Below, one piece after another: positions 52,800 to 64,000 of a stretch of 64,000 nt of DNA. Positions within the stretch are counted from its first letter, which is position 1, and the number at the start of each line of letters is the position of its first letter. Origin of the DNA: Lytechinus pictus (taxonomy: Eukaryota); NCBI RefSeq assembly GCF_037042905.1, contig NC_087251.1:45634001-45698000 (forward strand). Direction: 5' to 3'. Under the pieces are notes generated by a model. That model ran no database searches. It was given only the letters and a program-made list of their open reading frames with translations, and had not been told where the DNA came from. Made by a program: the position numbers and the translations under genes.

Positions 52800-52814
52800 T
52801 ATTATTTTACTCAC

Positions 52815-52897
52815 ATCTGAGTCATGGCATCATTAAGTAGCACTCCATCCACCAGCTCCATATAATCCAATGGGTTCCCATCTTTGAAACTCTGCAC
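52815..52897 (-). CDS. CCDC88: CCDC88 coding exon 2: VQSFKDGNPLDYMELVDGVLLNDAMTQ(I)
   Basis: Acceptor AACAG|GTG and donor AT|GTGAGT; 83 nt, phase 0 to phase 2. Contains the Hook-domain motif LVDGVxLNxxMxQI. Not in the ORF track (too short). Confidence 0.9.
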
Positions 52898-54075
52898 CTG
52901 TTAATTCAAAGAGACAAAGACACACTGAAAATACATGACAACAATTCTTTTTCACTTTTTTTTTAAATCCAAATCAACTTTCACTTCTCTCGATGTATAT
53001 TCTGCATGTTGAAGGGCCCAGGCCTGATATTTTGAAATACATGTACAGAACTTATCTATCCCCTAGAGCATTTCTACAATGTAGAACTTTGCACTGATAC
53101 AGCATACATGTACATGTACAGCAAAGATAATATATGTAGGTCTATCTTTCAATGTTTACATTTGTTTGCAAGGAAAGGGGCCATAGAAATATACTTATTA
53201 CTTTTAAGGGGGCTGATCATGCAAAAAAAAAAAAAAAACACACACAATCGAACATTTAATGTAAACTTAAATTGAGTTTGAACAGGTCAGCAAATGTCTA
53301 AAAATTTCCACTCTAAAAAATCAAAATTAATTTCACCTAAAGTTCCAAAAGCCTTGCCCCCACCACCTACATGTAAAAAAGCTTGGTCATGTAACAGATT
53401 TTCTTCAATGCACAAAAATATAACAAAAATCGTATTGAAATATCATACTTCATTGATTAATCAAATACAAATTACTTGTCTTAAGTGTCTCAAAGAAACA
53501 TTAAAAAGAACAAAAAGTATGATAAATTACAATTAATAATTCAAAATACATTCAAACAAATGTTCCTGCCATATTGAAAGTACATATGAAGACAGACTTA
53601 AGTTGAAACTTGGAATGTTGTTGTTGTTGTTGCTCCTGGCTTAAAGCCGGGAAAACATTGCTATGTATAATAAAACATTGCTCTGTACTGCAAGTAAGAT
53701 AATTTTTCATGCTACAAACTTGGAAAAAACAGAAAGTAAATGAATGATTTATTAAGCATTCTGTCCAAAATAATTGAACTACTTGTGTTGATAACTGCAT
53801 GTAAATTTATATTTAACTGATCACCAATACCATTTATATAAAATAAGATAACCCTCAGTTAAAATCTTTATGGAGAAAGAATTACTTAAAATTATTAAAT
53901 GTTTGAAGAACATTAAATTTGCTAAATATTTGCTATCAAGTTTTCCTCCATTCAGTATACCTACAGGGTAGAGCCTACATTTATCTAGAATAAATTTAGA
54001 ATGGTCTAATGGTGGACGTGGACAGACTACTGGTCTCAATGGATGATCGTTCGAATGATTTTGATTGATGCTTAC

Positions 54076-54129
54076 CCAAACAACAAGTGGGTGTCCCATA
54101 AACTCCTCTAAAGATGCAATGGTCGACAT
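54076..54129 (-). CDS. CCDC88: CCDC88 (Girdin/Daple-like Hook-related protein), coding exon 1: MSTIASLEEFMGHPLVVW
   Basis: ATG at 54129, 18 codons, then donor TGG|GTAAGC (phase 0). LEEFMGHPLVVW matches the N-terminal LEQFMxSPLVTW-type motif of the CCDC88A/C Hook domain. Confidence 0.9.
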
Positions 54130-54479
54130 CTTTCCACATGTGTCCTCATCAAGAAGAACTAGAAGTAATTACTAATAGGTCTATCAGCTATCCAACTAAG
54201 CCTGTTAAGGTTCACAGATAGACCTCTTCAACAATGAATTGATTACAAACTTGTCTCTGTGGCTGTGTGGAAATTATATCAATTCCACACCTAGTAATTA
54301 TTAGTATCACATTCACAACTTGAAAAATTTTATGGTAATGACAATTGACATGATCAGATTTGACAGTCCGAGCATTAAACTTTAACTTAGTTTAAGTCTT
54401 AGAGATGTAGGCCCCTAACATAATTTTAAAATAGGTTCAGTTCACAAACATGCCGCTAGAGAGGAGATCTCGCATTCAG

Positions 54480-55000
54480 AGTACTATAAATCCACACAAA
54501 ATGCTGTAGGCAGTGCAGCACATGTCCATTCAACAGAGACAGAGTCAGTGCCACTGCACTGCACAACACATGCACACACAATAGCAACCACCACGGATCG
54601 GGAAAGCGTCGGGGCAGTTGTGGGCACCGTGGTTGTGATTTGTCGTTGGCAGAAGCAAGCCGCGGATCTCGAATGAAACTCTCGCACTTCTGACACCAAG
54701 GGTAAATGTAAATCCAATAAAAATCCAGATAGCTTCTTGCCCCGGACTTAATAGGTTGCCACAGCTAGTATCTTCTCCATCGTTTGTCTCATGTGGCTGT
54801 TAGATGTCTACAGCTACAACTTCCACGAAGAATGTAAACTGCTTGGTCAGAAGTTCAGAGGATGAGTCATTTTGGGCGAGATTCCGATCTCAGCTATCGC
54901 GATTTCAAAGCAATCAATTCATTAAAGGCCAGTCGACCAATCAGATCTCGTTATTCATTAACGTGTGTCAAAGGTGGTTCCGGGTGCGTAACAGGTTGCT
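54480..55000 (-). promoter_or_regulatory. Probable promoter/5' UTR region of CCDC88
   Basis: CpG-rich relative to its flanks and upstream of the CCDC88 ATG. CCAAT box (GACCAATCAG, about 54935) and ETS-like TTCCGG (about 54978). The TSS cannot be determined from sequence. Confidence 0.5.
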
Positions 55001-55647
55001 TTCTTCGAATGTTTTCTTTATTTTATCGAATCAATAACTTTAAAATTGAAGATGACTTGTCATCGCTGTATGCAGATCTCCGAGCTTTCTTGGTAGAACA
55101 AGACCTAGAGAGATCAAAAAGGGAATTTGGGAATGAAAGGTCAACTCTTGCAATAGAGAAAAGATGAATACATAAAAGATAGATAGATAGATTCGCGCTA
55201 TTGTTGACATTTTATGTCATTGCTACATATTTCATGTTCTGAAAGGTTTTGTAATAAATATGGATAAAGAAGAATATAAAAACAAACTACTGTTCGTATC
55301 TTAATTACAAAGTATTGAGAATATATTTTTTTCTCTTTAAGTCCTCCGATGGACCTACTATGACTATGTTAGTAATATCTGAATATGTAATTCATTCACT
55401 TATTCACACTTAAAATGTACAAATAAATTATACAAGGATCCATTGGGTGATGACCTATACTGAAATGTCCACCCCCCCCCAAAAAAAAAAAATCATTCAT
55501 TTCAAGAACATCTTGAAAAGAACCAGTCCCAGTTTTGATCTCTCTGAGCGAAGTCTAGTAGCAACTTCATCACAAGATGGCGCTATACCGAATTCATCTG
55601 GAATTCATCTATGGATTATACCTTATACGCAATCAAAATGCCACCGG

Positions 55648-55808
55648 GGGGGGTGTTTCGTGAAAGTTGTCAGCACTGACTAAATTGTCGGTGCTGACAA
55701 TTTCAGTGAAATCCTTGGTTTTGATTGGCTGTGAGGCACTTACCTCTGACTGTAACTGTCGGAGAAAGCCAACTTTTCAGTGCTGACAACCTTCATAAAA
55801 CGCTTCCC
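55648..55808. mobile_element. Short MITE related to the 35399 family
   Basis: GGGGGTGTTTCGTGAAAGTTGTCAGCACTGA ... TCAGTGCTGACAACCTTCATAAAACGCTTCCC with central GATTGGCTG. Confidence 0.65.
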
Positions 55809-56427
55809 ATGCAGGCCGAGGTGTGATACGTCATTATGTCGTGCCCCCCCCCCCCTTGTAACAGAAATTTATCTAATTTCAAGTATTTTCAAATACATAT
55901 ACGAATCAAATATAAATACAAATAAACTGCATAAATATTATGAAAATTTTACAGTATCATAAATTTACAATAAAAAGCTTATACAAAATAATGTGTATGG
56001 AAATAGGGGATCGACTAAGAAGCACTGATTTCAGAGCATGGACCCATATCATAATTATTAAAGAATAATGTGATAAACAATTTAATAAATTATTTTAAAG
56101 ACTATATTATTAACATATATACGACATGTATACTTGTCCGTGCTCTATTGTCATACAAAAATACGGTGATTTCTGTCATTTTGAATAACCAGATAGGGTT
56201 TTCAATACTCTATCAGTGAGAATAAGTTTTCTATATATGAAAAATAAAAAACGAAAAAATAAAATATTTTCGATGATAATGGGCAAATTGCCCTCCATCT
56301 TCCCGAACGACACTACAGCTAGCTATGCCCTCCAAATTGTACAAGATATTTTAATCATTATTGCCGTCCCCAACCCCTTTTGCAAACAAAGAAATTCATT
56401 TTATATGGCAAATTTTGGGTCCAATTA

Positions 56428-56570
56428 GAAGAAGAAAAAGAAAAAAGAGAAGAAGAAGGAAAAAAAAAAGAAGAAGAGAAGAAGAAAAAGGAGGAGGAGG
56501 AGAAGGAGGAGGAGAAAACAAGAAGCCAAATATATAAAGACATGAACCAAAAAAAAGATGAAGAAAAGTA
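56428..56570. repeat. Purine-rich (GAA/GGA) low-complexity tract
   Basis: AGAAGAAGAAAAAGAAAAAAGAGAAGAAGAAGG...GAGGAGGAGGAGAAGGAGGAGG. Confidence 0.9.
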
Positions 56571-57679
56571 AATATAGAAATGGGATATGAGGTTGAGATG
56601 AGGATATATGGCGCTAATGGTGCTCATACTTGCATTATTAATTTAGTTATAGATATTTCATTTTCAAGGATTTATACCCCTTCAAGTCGGACCTGTATTT
56701 CTTTGGTAGCATTGCATATCGTGATATTCACAATTACAAAAAGTGCTTCAAATATTCCGGCTTCAAAGTTATCAAACTGACATTTAAGCTTGTATTCACT
56801 GTGAGACACGTATCTTTGCTATTAACAACTTGCTTAAAACGATCCTATATTCATGACAATAAAAAAAGTTTTAGCTCCAGCTCTATATATCCTGTCAGAG
56901 GCCGCGGGAGGGGAGGGGAGGGGGGGGGGGTTCTGAAGGAGAAGATTAATTGGATCGGATGTGTAGGTGTGGCCTTTCTTTACTTTTTTTCTGTACTATA
57001 TTTTTTTCAAATCTTTATTAATTTATTGAGTGCAATGGAAGCAGGAGCGGATCAGTTGAATTGTACATGTTTATATAAGGCCTATCTATTCTGTGATTGC
57101 TGATACCTTGATGTATATTAAGTTATTTGTCAGGGGGGCAAAGCCGCTCGTGCCCCACGATTGAAAAACGGCTGTTATAACCAAAACAGAAATGTGCCCA
57201 CCTTTTGAAATGCAGACCTTTTTTTTGGTCAATTTTTTTTCGTGGACGACATGTAGTAATTTTTGGTTTAAAACCTTTTTTTAGCTTGTCAAATTTTTCC
57301 TCGGGAAAAAACGCCCCCCCCCCCTCTTTGGAAAATCCTGGATCCGCCCCTGTGTCTGTTTATGTTTGTATACGTATTTCATTGCTGTTAGTGAATCTTG
57401 ATACCACTGGATGAATCAATAGAAAAATACTTTAACTCCCCACCCCCCCCCCCCAAAAAAAAAAAAAATAAATAAATAGGGCTGCGTAAATAAAAAATGA
57501 ACAAATAGGGAAAATGCCACAACTTTGTTGTTCTTTGTCCGATTTTGATTAAATTTTCAGCGGTTTGTTTGTCTGACTTTACTTTTTATATTTAAATCAA
57601 ATTTATTATTTGAAGTACCCCTTTAATATTTTAAAGCTTCTTATATCACTTCTGGGAACAGTTCCCACCACAACCGTTT

Positions 57680-57866
57680 ATATCTAGTGCATGACGCTTG
57701 CCTATCCGGCAGCCTCACACACGCGGCGCGCGTTCCATACATTCCATAATTATTGTCAACGCAGCTAGCTAGCTAGCGTCCTTAGATTCAGTCTGTCTGT
57801 GGTCAGTGTTCGGGAAGAAACCTTTTTAATCGCTGGATTGACTTTGCTTCAACACTTCGTAAAAAA
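57680..57866 (+). promoter_or_regulatory. Probable promoter/5' UTR of CFAP36
   Basis: Local CpG cluster (CACACGCGGCGCGCG about 57717; half-CRE TGACG about 57692) directly upstream of the CFAP36 ATG. Confidence 0.5.
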
Positions 57867-57966
57867 ATGGCAGAACAAGAATTTATCATGGATGGTGTCA
57901 TTGGATTTCTTCAAAGTCCAATATGGAGGGTTCCCGTTCTTTCTTTCATCGAACATAAATGCATCG
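57867..57966 (+). CDS. CFAP36: Cilia- and flagella-associated protein 36 (CCDC104/BARTL1), coding exon 1: MAEQEFIMDGVIGFLQSPIWRVPVLSFIEHKCI
   Basis: AAAATGG start and donor G|GTAAGT (phase 1). Resembles the CFAP36 N-terminal BART-like region (human approximately [25 protein letters not shown], recalled). Confidence 0.9.
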
Positions 57967-58771
57967 GTAAGTCAACAAATGCAGTGGAAGCCAATGCCAA
58001 GGCAATGGCATGCAATAGCCATAGGAAGCTAAAAATATGCATGCAGAGACATGACAATTGACATCGGGGTCATCACAATTCTGTGATACATTCATTGAAA
58101 TTGCACAGTTGCTAAATCGGCAGGTGCTACATATGGTAGAGCTAGTATAATGTGCATGACTTCGTTAACACTAGTATTTTACTCTAGTAACAGAACTTGA
58201 TTTTCTTTTTAAATAGTAATGTTAAGTGTACCGGTAACTTCAAGTTAGTTTTTCCTACATTAACTGAAAGTAACGTTAGTTGTGTGATTGTGTTTACATA
58301 AATTACTCTTGTTTATTGTATTTTGCAAAATTTATTATATTGATAATTGATTAATATCAGACATCATATTGTTTAATTGATTAATATCAGACTTAGGTAT
58401 TGTTTAACTTTATTGAAATGAATGAATGAATATTTTTTTCTTATTTTTCCTTTCATTAACCTCCAATGTCAGTGAATCACCATTCTACTTTTGTATGACT
58501 TTATAAGCTGATGCCTGGACGTGTTATTATTTTCATTGTTATTTTATTGTTCCTATAATTTTGTGCATTTGGAACAAAATCCTTAGGAACAACTAACAAA
58601 CAATGCAGAAGAGGAAAGAAATGAGACACCTTATAATAAAAAGAATGAGAAAGTACATCGTCTGCATGTCAATTTTTTTTTTGCAGTCAGTGAGTTGATG
58701 ACCATACAGTTCAATACAATTGACCTTACCGGCCATTGGGATACTGGTAATTCAGAACATGCTGGTATCAG

Positions 58772-58928
58772 GGGACCGTTTCATCAACATTTTTGTCTGA
58801 CAAGTTGTCAGATCTGACATCTTTCCTTGATTCTGATTGGCTGAGAGGCACTGTTACTATAGTAACTGTCGGATAAAATGGGACTTGTCGGATAAAACGT
58901 CCGACAAGTCCTTTCATGAAACGCTTCC
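58772..58928. mobile_element. ~160-bp MITE, same family as 35399
   Basis: GGGACCGTTTCATCAAC ... TTTCATGAAACGCTTCC; body nearly identical to the 35399 copies. Confidence 0.8.
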
Positions 58929-60855
58929 CTGGGATCTTTGGAATACATGACATGAATGCATTTTTTTCAAAAAGCATTTTAGATTGAATCACTCTCCAAA
59001 GATCTTCACCCACCCCAGTCTTCACAAATTATGAATGTTTAATAACGATAAAACTTTTATTGCACACACCCCCCCTGTACCTGAATACTCCACCCATCAT
59101 GAAAAATAAATGGTGATGAAAAATGATAATGAAAATCTTATTATGAAAATCTTGGATTAATTACAATAATGAATTATATGATAAATGGTTAAATGATTGT
59201 ATTACAATGGTGATTGATTTCACAATAACTGTATAAATACCACAGGCATGTAATTATGATTTTTATGTATTTAAAAATCATTTTTTTCATTTCTTTATAA
59301 AAAGTTTATTTCATTATGTTGTCGCAATTTCGATGTATATTTGTATATTTAGTACTTTTATTTTTGAAAATCTGTAATTCGGCCTTTGGGCCGCAAATGA
59401 TTTTTGTTCAATAAACCAATTCCAAATAAAATTATTTGTTATTCTTAATCTAATAAAACTAGATGGAAAATGGTTTTAACAGGGTACGGAATTTTAAACA
59501 AGACGGAACAAATAGTATATTAATTTTTTTAAGATTACATATTCATGAATTTCTTATTTTTCTTAAGAGTGTAATTGGCCTCTGAAAAAGGAGAAAGAGT
59601 ACAGTCTATAACTTCCATAATGGGATTTGCCTAGGCTGTGTTGATAATATTTAAAATATTAACTTAATGTCTAGAATCTTTAATAGATAAAGCTGGGGTC
59701 CTGGGGATATTTTTTCTAGATGAAGTATTTTATTCATTCATACAGTGGAATGCACATTGACCATAACCACAAAACGTAAACAGAACTACATGATTTAAGC
59801 CAAGTAGCAACATGTTTTAAATGTTCATAAGTGGTCTGGACTGCAATAGAAAAACAAATGAGACAGACATTAATGTGGAAACATGTGAGAATATCATCAT
59901 AAAATATACTTATGAAAATTGCTGGTATAATTGTAAACAAAAGTCTTCCACTTTTCTGTGCTTATGTTTGGGTTTGACCCCCCCCCCTCGTGATGTAAGG
60001 TAAGCCTTTATGGTAGATATGCCACTTCCTTACTTCATATAGAAATGTAGTATTTACAGGTACTATCATTACCCAGAAAGCTTCAATTTATAATAAGGTC
60101 ATGCTTCGTTAAAAAAATGTCTACCCAGCAATTCTGCTGCTATTTTGTCCAATATGATTATATTTTGGTCTGTACATAAAGGTAAGATAAGGTTGCATAC
60201 TACATGTAGTATTTATTGTCCAAATAAAATGGAAATTTGCATTTTTAGATGGTATTTTAAAGTAACATATAATAAAGAATAAGCATCAAACACTGCCAAA
60301 TAGACAATTATATTAAGTGAAGAGGAGGCTAGATATTAAGGTCAGACGGTAGCGCTTGAGCTTTAGAACCAGCCAATCTTTTCAACCAGTACTAAGTTAG
60401 AAAGCTTGAAAGTACTTGCTCCTTAAAGGAGGCTTGAACAAAAAAAAAACATGTAATTTTATGGTACACTTTATACTTATGTATGTTTCATCAGAACCAG
60501 GTGTCAGGTGATTATAATCAGACTTTTGTACAATGTTTTGCTTCTTTTTGTTTTGTAAAATACATTCTATGAGCTGCCTGTGGCTATCTTTTGTAGAGCA
60601 TTTCTTTATTTTTTTGCATGATAAAAATCCCTTTAAAGACTGCAAAACACTTCATGAGTTCTAATTTTTTTTTCTGAGCTATATCAGATGCAAGGATTTC
60701 AGTTGATTTTTATCCAGGTAGTCAGTGAAAATCACCGACTATATAGTATTTGTTTCATGCGACACTCCTATGATGTCATATTTTCTTAATAAATGGGCCA
60801 CATGATAATGCTTAAAGGTCAAGTCCACCCCAGAAAGATGTTGATTTGAATAAAT

Positions 60856-61286
60856 GGCAAAAAGAAGCTGCTGAAAACTGCTTATCTAATAAAAGAGAGC
60901 CAATGGAGTAAATTATAAAGTCAAAAAGGGGCCTAAGCTTTCGATCCTAGCAGAATCTTCGTCGGAGGCAAAATGACAAACATATAAAGTGGAACAACCA
61001 TAATATAGACCACAAACAAGCTACAGCAACACTAGAAACAAGGAGACAAAAGGGGCATTAGTGAGTAGAGAAGACCAATCAGGTTAGTGAAGGGGATGAA
61101 AGAAAAGGGGTAGGCAGACACAAAGGGAAGTTAGTGTAAGTAAGGCCAAGAGGGATTAAGATAATGAGGCAGGCAACATCAAACAGGATCTGGAACAAAA
61201 CAGTGATAGAGGGATGAATAACTAGAGAATTAGTGAGAGGTGGGTCAAACAGGTTACAAAGAAAGGCTTAATAAACTGGTGCATAA
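60856..61286 (-). mobile_element. Penelope-like element (pLTR) fragment
   Basis: Insert flanked by duplicated GAATAAAT (60848-60855, 61287-61294). Carries a minimal type I hammerhead motif, a known hallmark of Penelope-like pLTRs. Confidence 0.6.
60931..60969 (-). ncRNA. Minimal type I hammerhead ribozyme motif (core variant, probably impaired)
   Basis: Minus strand reads GCCT-CCGACGA-A-GATTCT-GCT-AGGATC-GAAA-GCTT-AGGC. This gives stem I GCCT/AGGC, a CUGANGA core read as CCGACGA, stem II GATTCT/AGGATC, GAAA, and a palindromic AAGCTT stem III. Confidence 0.6.
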
Positions 61287-62024
61287 GAATAAATAGAGAA
61301 AAATAGAGAAAAATAGAGAAAAATCGAACTAGTATAACACTGAAAATTTCATCAAAATCGGATATAAAATGAGAAAGTTATGGCATTTAAAGTTTCGCTT
61401 AGTTTTCACAAAACAGTGATATGCACTACTCAGTGACATACAAATGAGACAGTAGATGATGTCCCTCACTCATTGTTTGGAACTTTGGATTATTTAATGT
61501 TTCATTTTTTACAGATTTGACAATAAGGACCAACTTGACTGAACCATATAGTACTAGTAGTAAACAATGCTAATTCCACAAATTCAGGGAGGAATTAATT
61601 GTTAATTTACTTGGCAATGAGGATAAGTTAGAATATTTCATATAATAAAATACAAAAGAAATAGTGAGTGGATGACATCATTAGTCTCCTCATTTGCATA
61701 CCAACCAGGATGTGCATATAACTGTTTTGTGAAATTAAGCAACACTTTAAAATGTCATAGCTTTCTTATTTTACACCCGATTTTGATGAAATTTTCAGTG
61801 TTTATATGCTTGTTGGATTTTTCTCCTTTTATTCAAACAAACTTTTCATTTGGGTGAACTTGTCTTTTAAGAAAGTAAACTAATAAACAGGATTTGATTC
61901 ACATGTTTAGTCTCCATGTAGTCTCAAACACAGACCACTTTACTTCATGAAAAATGCACAAATCCTTTCAATAGAGATTTGATGTACATGTATCCTCTTC
62001 TTTCTTTCTGTCTTTGATTTATAG

Positions 62025-62089
62025 CGTTCAACCCCGATGAAGAAAACAAGATTATTTACACAGAGATCTATGAAGAGTATGGAAATTTG
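62025..62089 (+). CDS. CFAP36: CFAP36 coding exon 2: (A)FNPDEENKIIYTEIYEEYGNL
   Basis: Polypyrimidine tract then TTTATAG|CG and donor TTG|GTAAGT; 65 nt, phase 1 to 0. Matches the CFAP36 motif FDxEEExKLxYTEIHxEYxxL. Confidence 0.9.
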
Positions 62090-63226
62090 GTAAGTTGACG
62101 TGTATCTAAAACATTCAAAGATTACATATGAATGCTACCTTTCGAGCATCCAGCATAAATAGCTTATTCTAAAGACCTTGTAACTACCTTGGGTAGATGG
62201 AAACCAAACTCTGGTTGCCTTTCAGCAAACAGACCAGAGATCACCTCCAGAGGTAGTCTTGGGGTGGACTCATGTCGGCCTCGGACCCCCTATCTGTAGA
62301 TGTAAACTCGAACCCATCTCAGTCCACTTGCAGCAGTTTGCGGTACAGATCCCACTTTGTCATAATGGTGTAAAAGTTAGAAAGAGGAGAGGTGGGATTA
62401 TGAAGTGTACATAAAAGTCCAAAATATCATAGTTTGCACTCTTTCTAGATCACTTTTAATTCATAAAATTAATTAAATTGGGGTCTGTAGCTTCAGACTA
62501 ACTGAAAGTGATCAGAATTTGAAACTTACTATGGGGCTGACCCCCCCCCCCCCGCAAAAAAAAGGCTGCACTTTATATCCTCTTGAAAAAAAAGCAGAAT
62601 TAAGGTTTATGCTTTTAACTGTTTCCTCCAAATCCAGTAAATTCTATGAATATTGTCAATCATTAATCTAGTGGTCAATGCTTAACTACCAGTACTTGAA
62701 TAAATAATCATGGGGTTGAAATGTCAACTGCACCAGGGTAATTAAAATTAGTCTGAAAGCACAGACCTTTGGCTTTCTCATAGTGCACAATAATGAGTCT
62801 GAAATAGTGAGACTAGATTCACTCATTTACTACCTTTGGTTTTCGCACAGTGCATAGTGATGAGTCTGAAATAGTGAGACTAGATTCACTCATGTACTGT
62901 GGCTGCTTATTGTCAAAGACAGAGAGATTGGAGACTAGTCTTCACTCTAGACATGGTATGATTGATTAAAGTGTCAAATTTGAGTCTGGGCTTGCAGACT
63001 ACTCTTTATCTTGATTCCTAATTTTACGATCACCAGGTTATATAAAAAGGTTGAGTTACCATATTTCACTGTAATTACCCAGTCTTTGTCCTCTAGATTT
63101 ATTTATTTTTTTGCAAGAAGGTCCCAAGGTAAATATTGGGAGCTGTAAGGACCTCTGTTCTAGGGTTGTAATTTTTTGTTGTTGTAAATAATTGAAAATT
63201 AAATTATAATGTGGAGTGATCACATA

Positions 63227-63441
63227 CACTGTAAAACTGCTGTATAAAATCTAAAGCACGTTGTTTAAGCCCTACACTCTAACAAATATTGTTTAAGATT
63301 TTTAACAAGTTGTTCAATGTTTTAAAAAGTTGTTTAGACTAATTTAACCAATTGTTTAAAAATTTAAAGAATAGTTGTTAGAGTGACAGTTTTAAACAAC
63401 ATTCTTGAAATTTTAATTTTAAACAACAGTTTCACCGAGTG
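63227..63441. mobile_element. Degenerate CACT..AGTG (EnSpm/CACTA-like) MITE
   Basis: CACTGTAAAACTGCTG ... CAACAGTTTCACCGAGTG; repeated TTGTTTAA / TTAAACAA subterminal motifs; internal inverted CTCTAACAA / TTGTTAGAG. Confidence 0.5.
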
Positions 63442-64000
63442 GGTTGTAAGAAATTGGAATGGGTTTCAGTGATGAAATGCAGTTTAAGCCCAAATCTGGA
63501 TTTTCAACACAGCACTTGATTAATAGATTTATTGATAATGGAAAAAAACACAAAAAATTTACATTAAAACTTCATCTAATCGTTGGCATTTTTTTTTCTC
63601 ATATGGCTTTGGTAGTAGAGAGGGGAGGAGGAAGGGGAGAAGAGGGGAGGGGTCTTGGATTTGATCTCCAACTCTGTTGTACCAAAGACTTTTGAAAAAA
63701 TTGTTCCACATGCATACAGGGTGCTCAGCACTTTTGTTGAAGTGGCTAGCTTGGATAATTAAAGAGATGTTATTAATATTGTTATTAACTTTTACTCGAG
63801 GTTTAGTGTCTGTTACATTTGCATCTCCTTTTCTACAGGTATATTTAATTAAGTGTTTTTGTTAATTACCTATTTTACTAGAAAAAAAGAGAAAGCTACC
63901 TGTTGCCATGCAAACAAAACCTGAATTAGGCATGTTTAGAGTAGCTGCTTTACTTGTAATGACATTGCATGATACATGTATATCAGTAGAATCAGATATG

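Larger units (their letters stand above)
60816..61866. mobile_element. Kolobok-type MITE interrupted by a Penelope-like insert
   Basis: TTAA|AGGTCAAGTCCACCCC ... GGGTGAACTTGTCTT|TTAA. Colinear with the 11537 copy except for an insert of about 430 bp at 60856-61286. Confidence 0.8.

Noticed and set aside
56358..56627. Glu/Lys-rich and Ser/Phe-rich ORFs
   Set aside because: Translation of a GAA/GGA simple repeat.

Overview
AT-rich, intron-rich animal genomic DNA, not prokaryotic. The repeat style suggests an invertebrate deuterostome, probably a sea urchin (inference). Two genes lie head-to-head. The minus strand carries the 5' part of a Hook-related CCDC88 (Girdin/Daple) gene: four coding exons with canonical GT-AG junctions in matching phase (54129-54076, 52897-52815, 40533-40422, 2790-2578), including a 37.6-kb intron; the gene runs off the left edge. 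The plus strand carries the first two coding exons of CFAP36/CCDC104 (57867-57966, 62025-62089), running off the right edge. The introns are packed with mostly non-autonomous transposons: a 9.4-kb Academ-like element full of nested insertions and RFX X-box-like repeats, a P-like element carrying a frameshifted PHD-like exon, hAT, Kolobok, Tc1-like and TA-targeting palindromic MITEs, tRNA-derived SINEs, two Vingi/Ingi LINE relics and a Penelope-like fragment with a minimal hammerhead ribozyme. TACATGTA and related TA-NN-NN-TA palindromes are strongly over-represented and resemble transposon excision footprints. Most ORFs in the supplied track are spurious. All family assignments come from motif recognition by eye; no database search was run.
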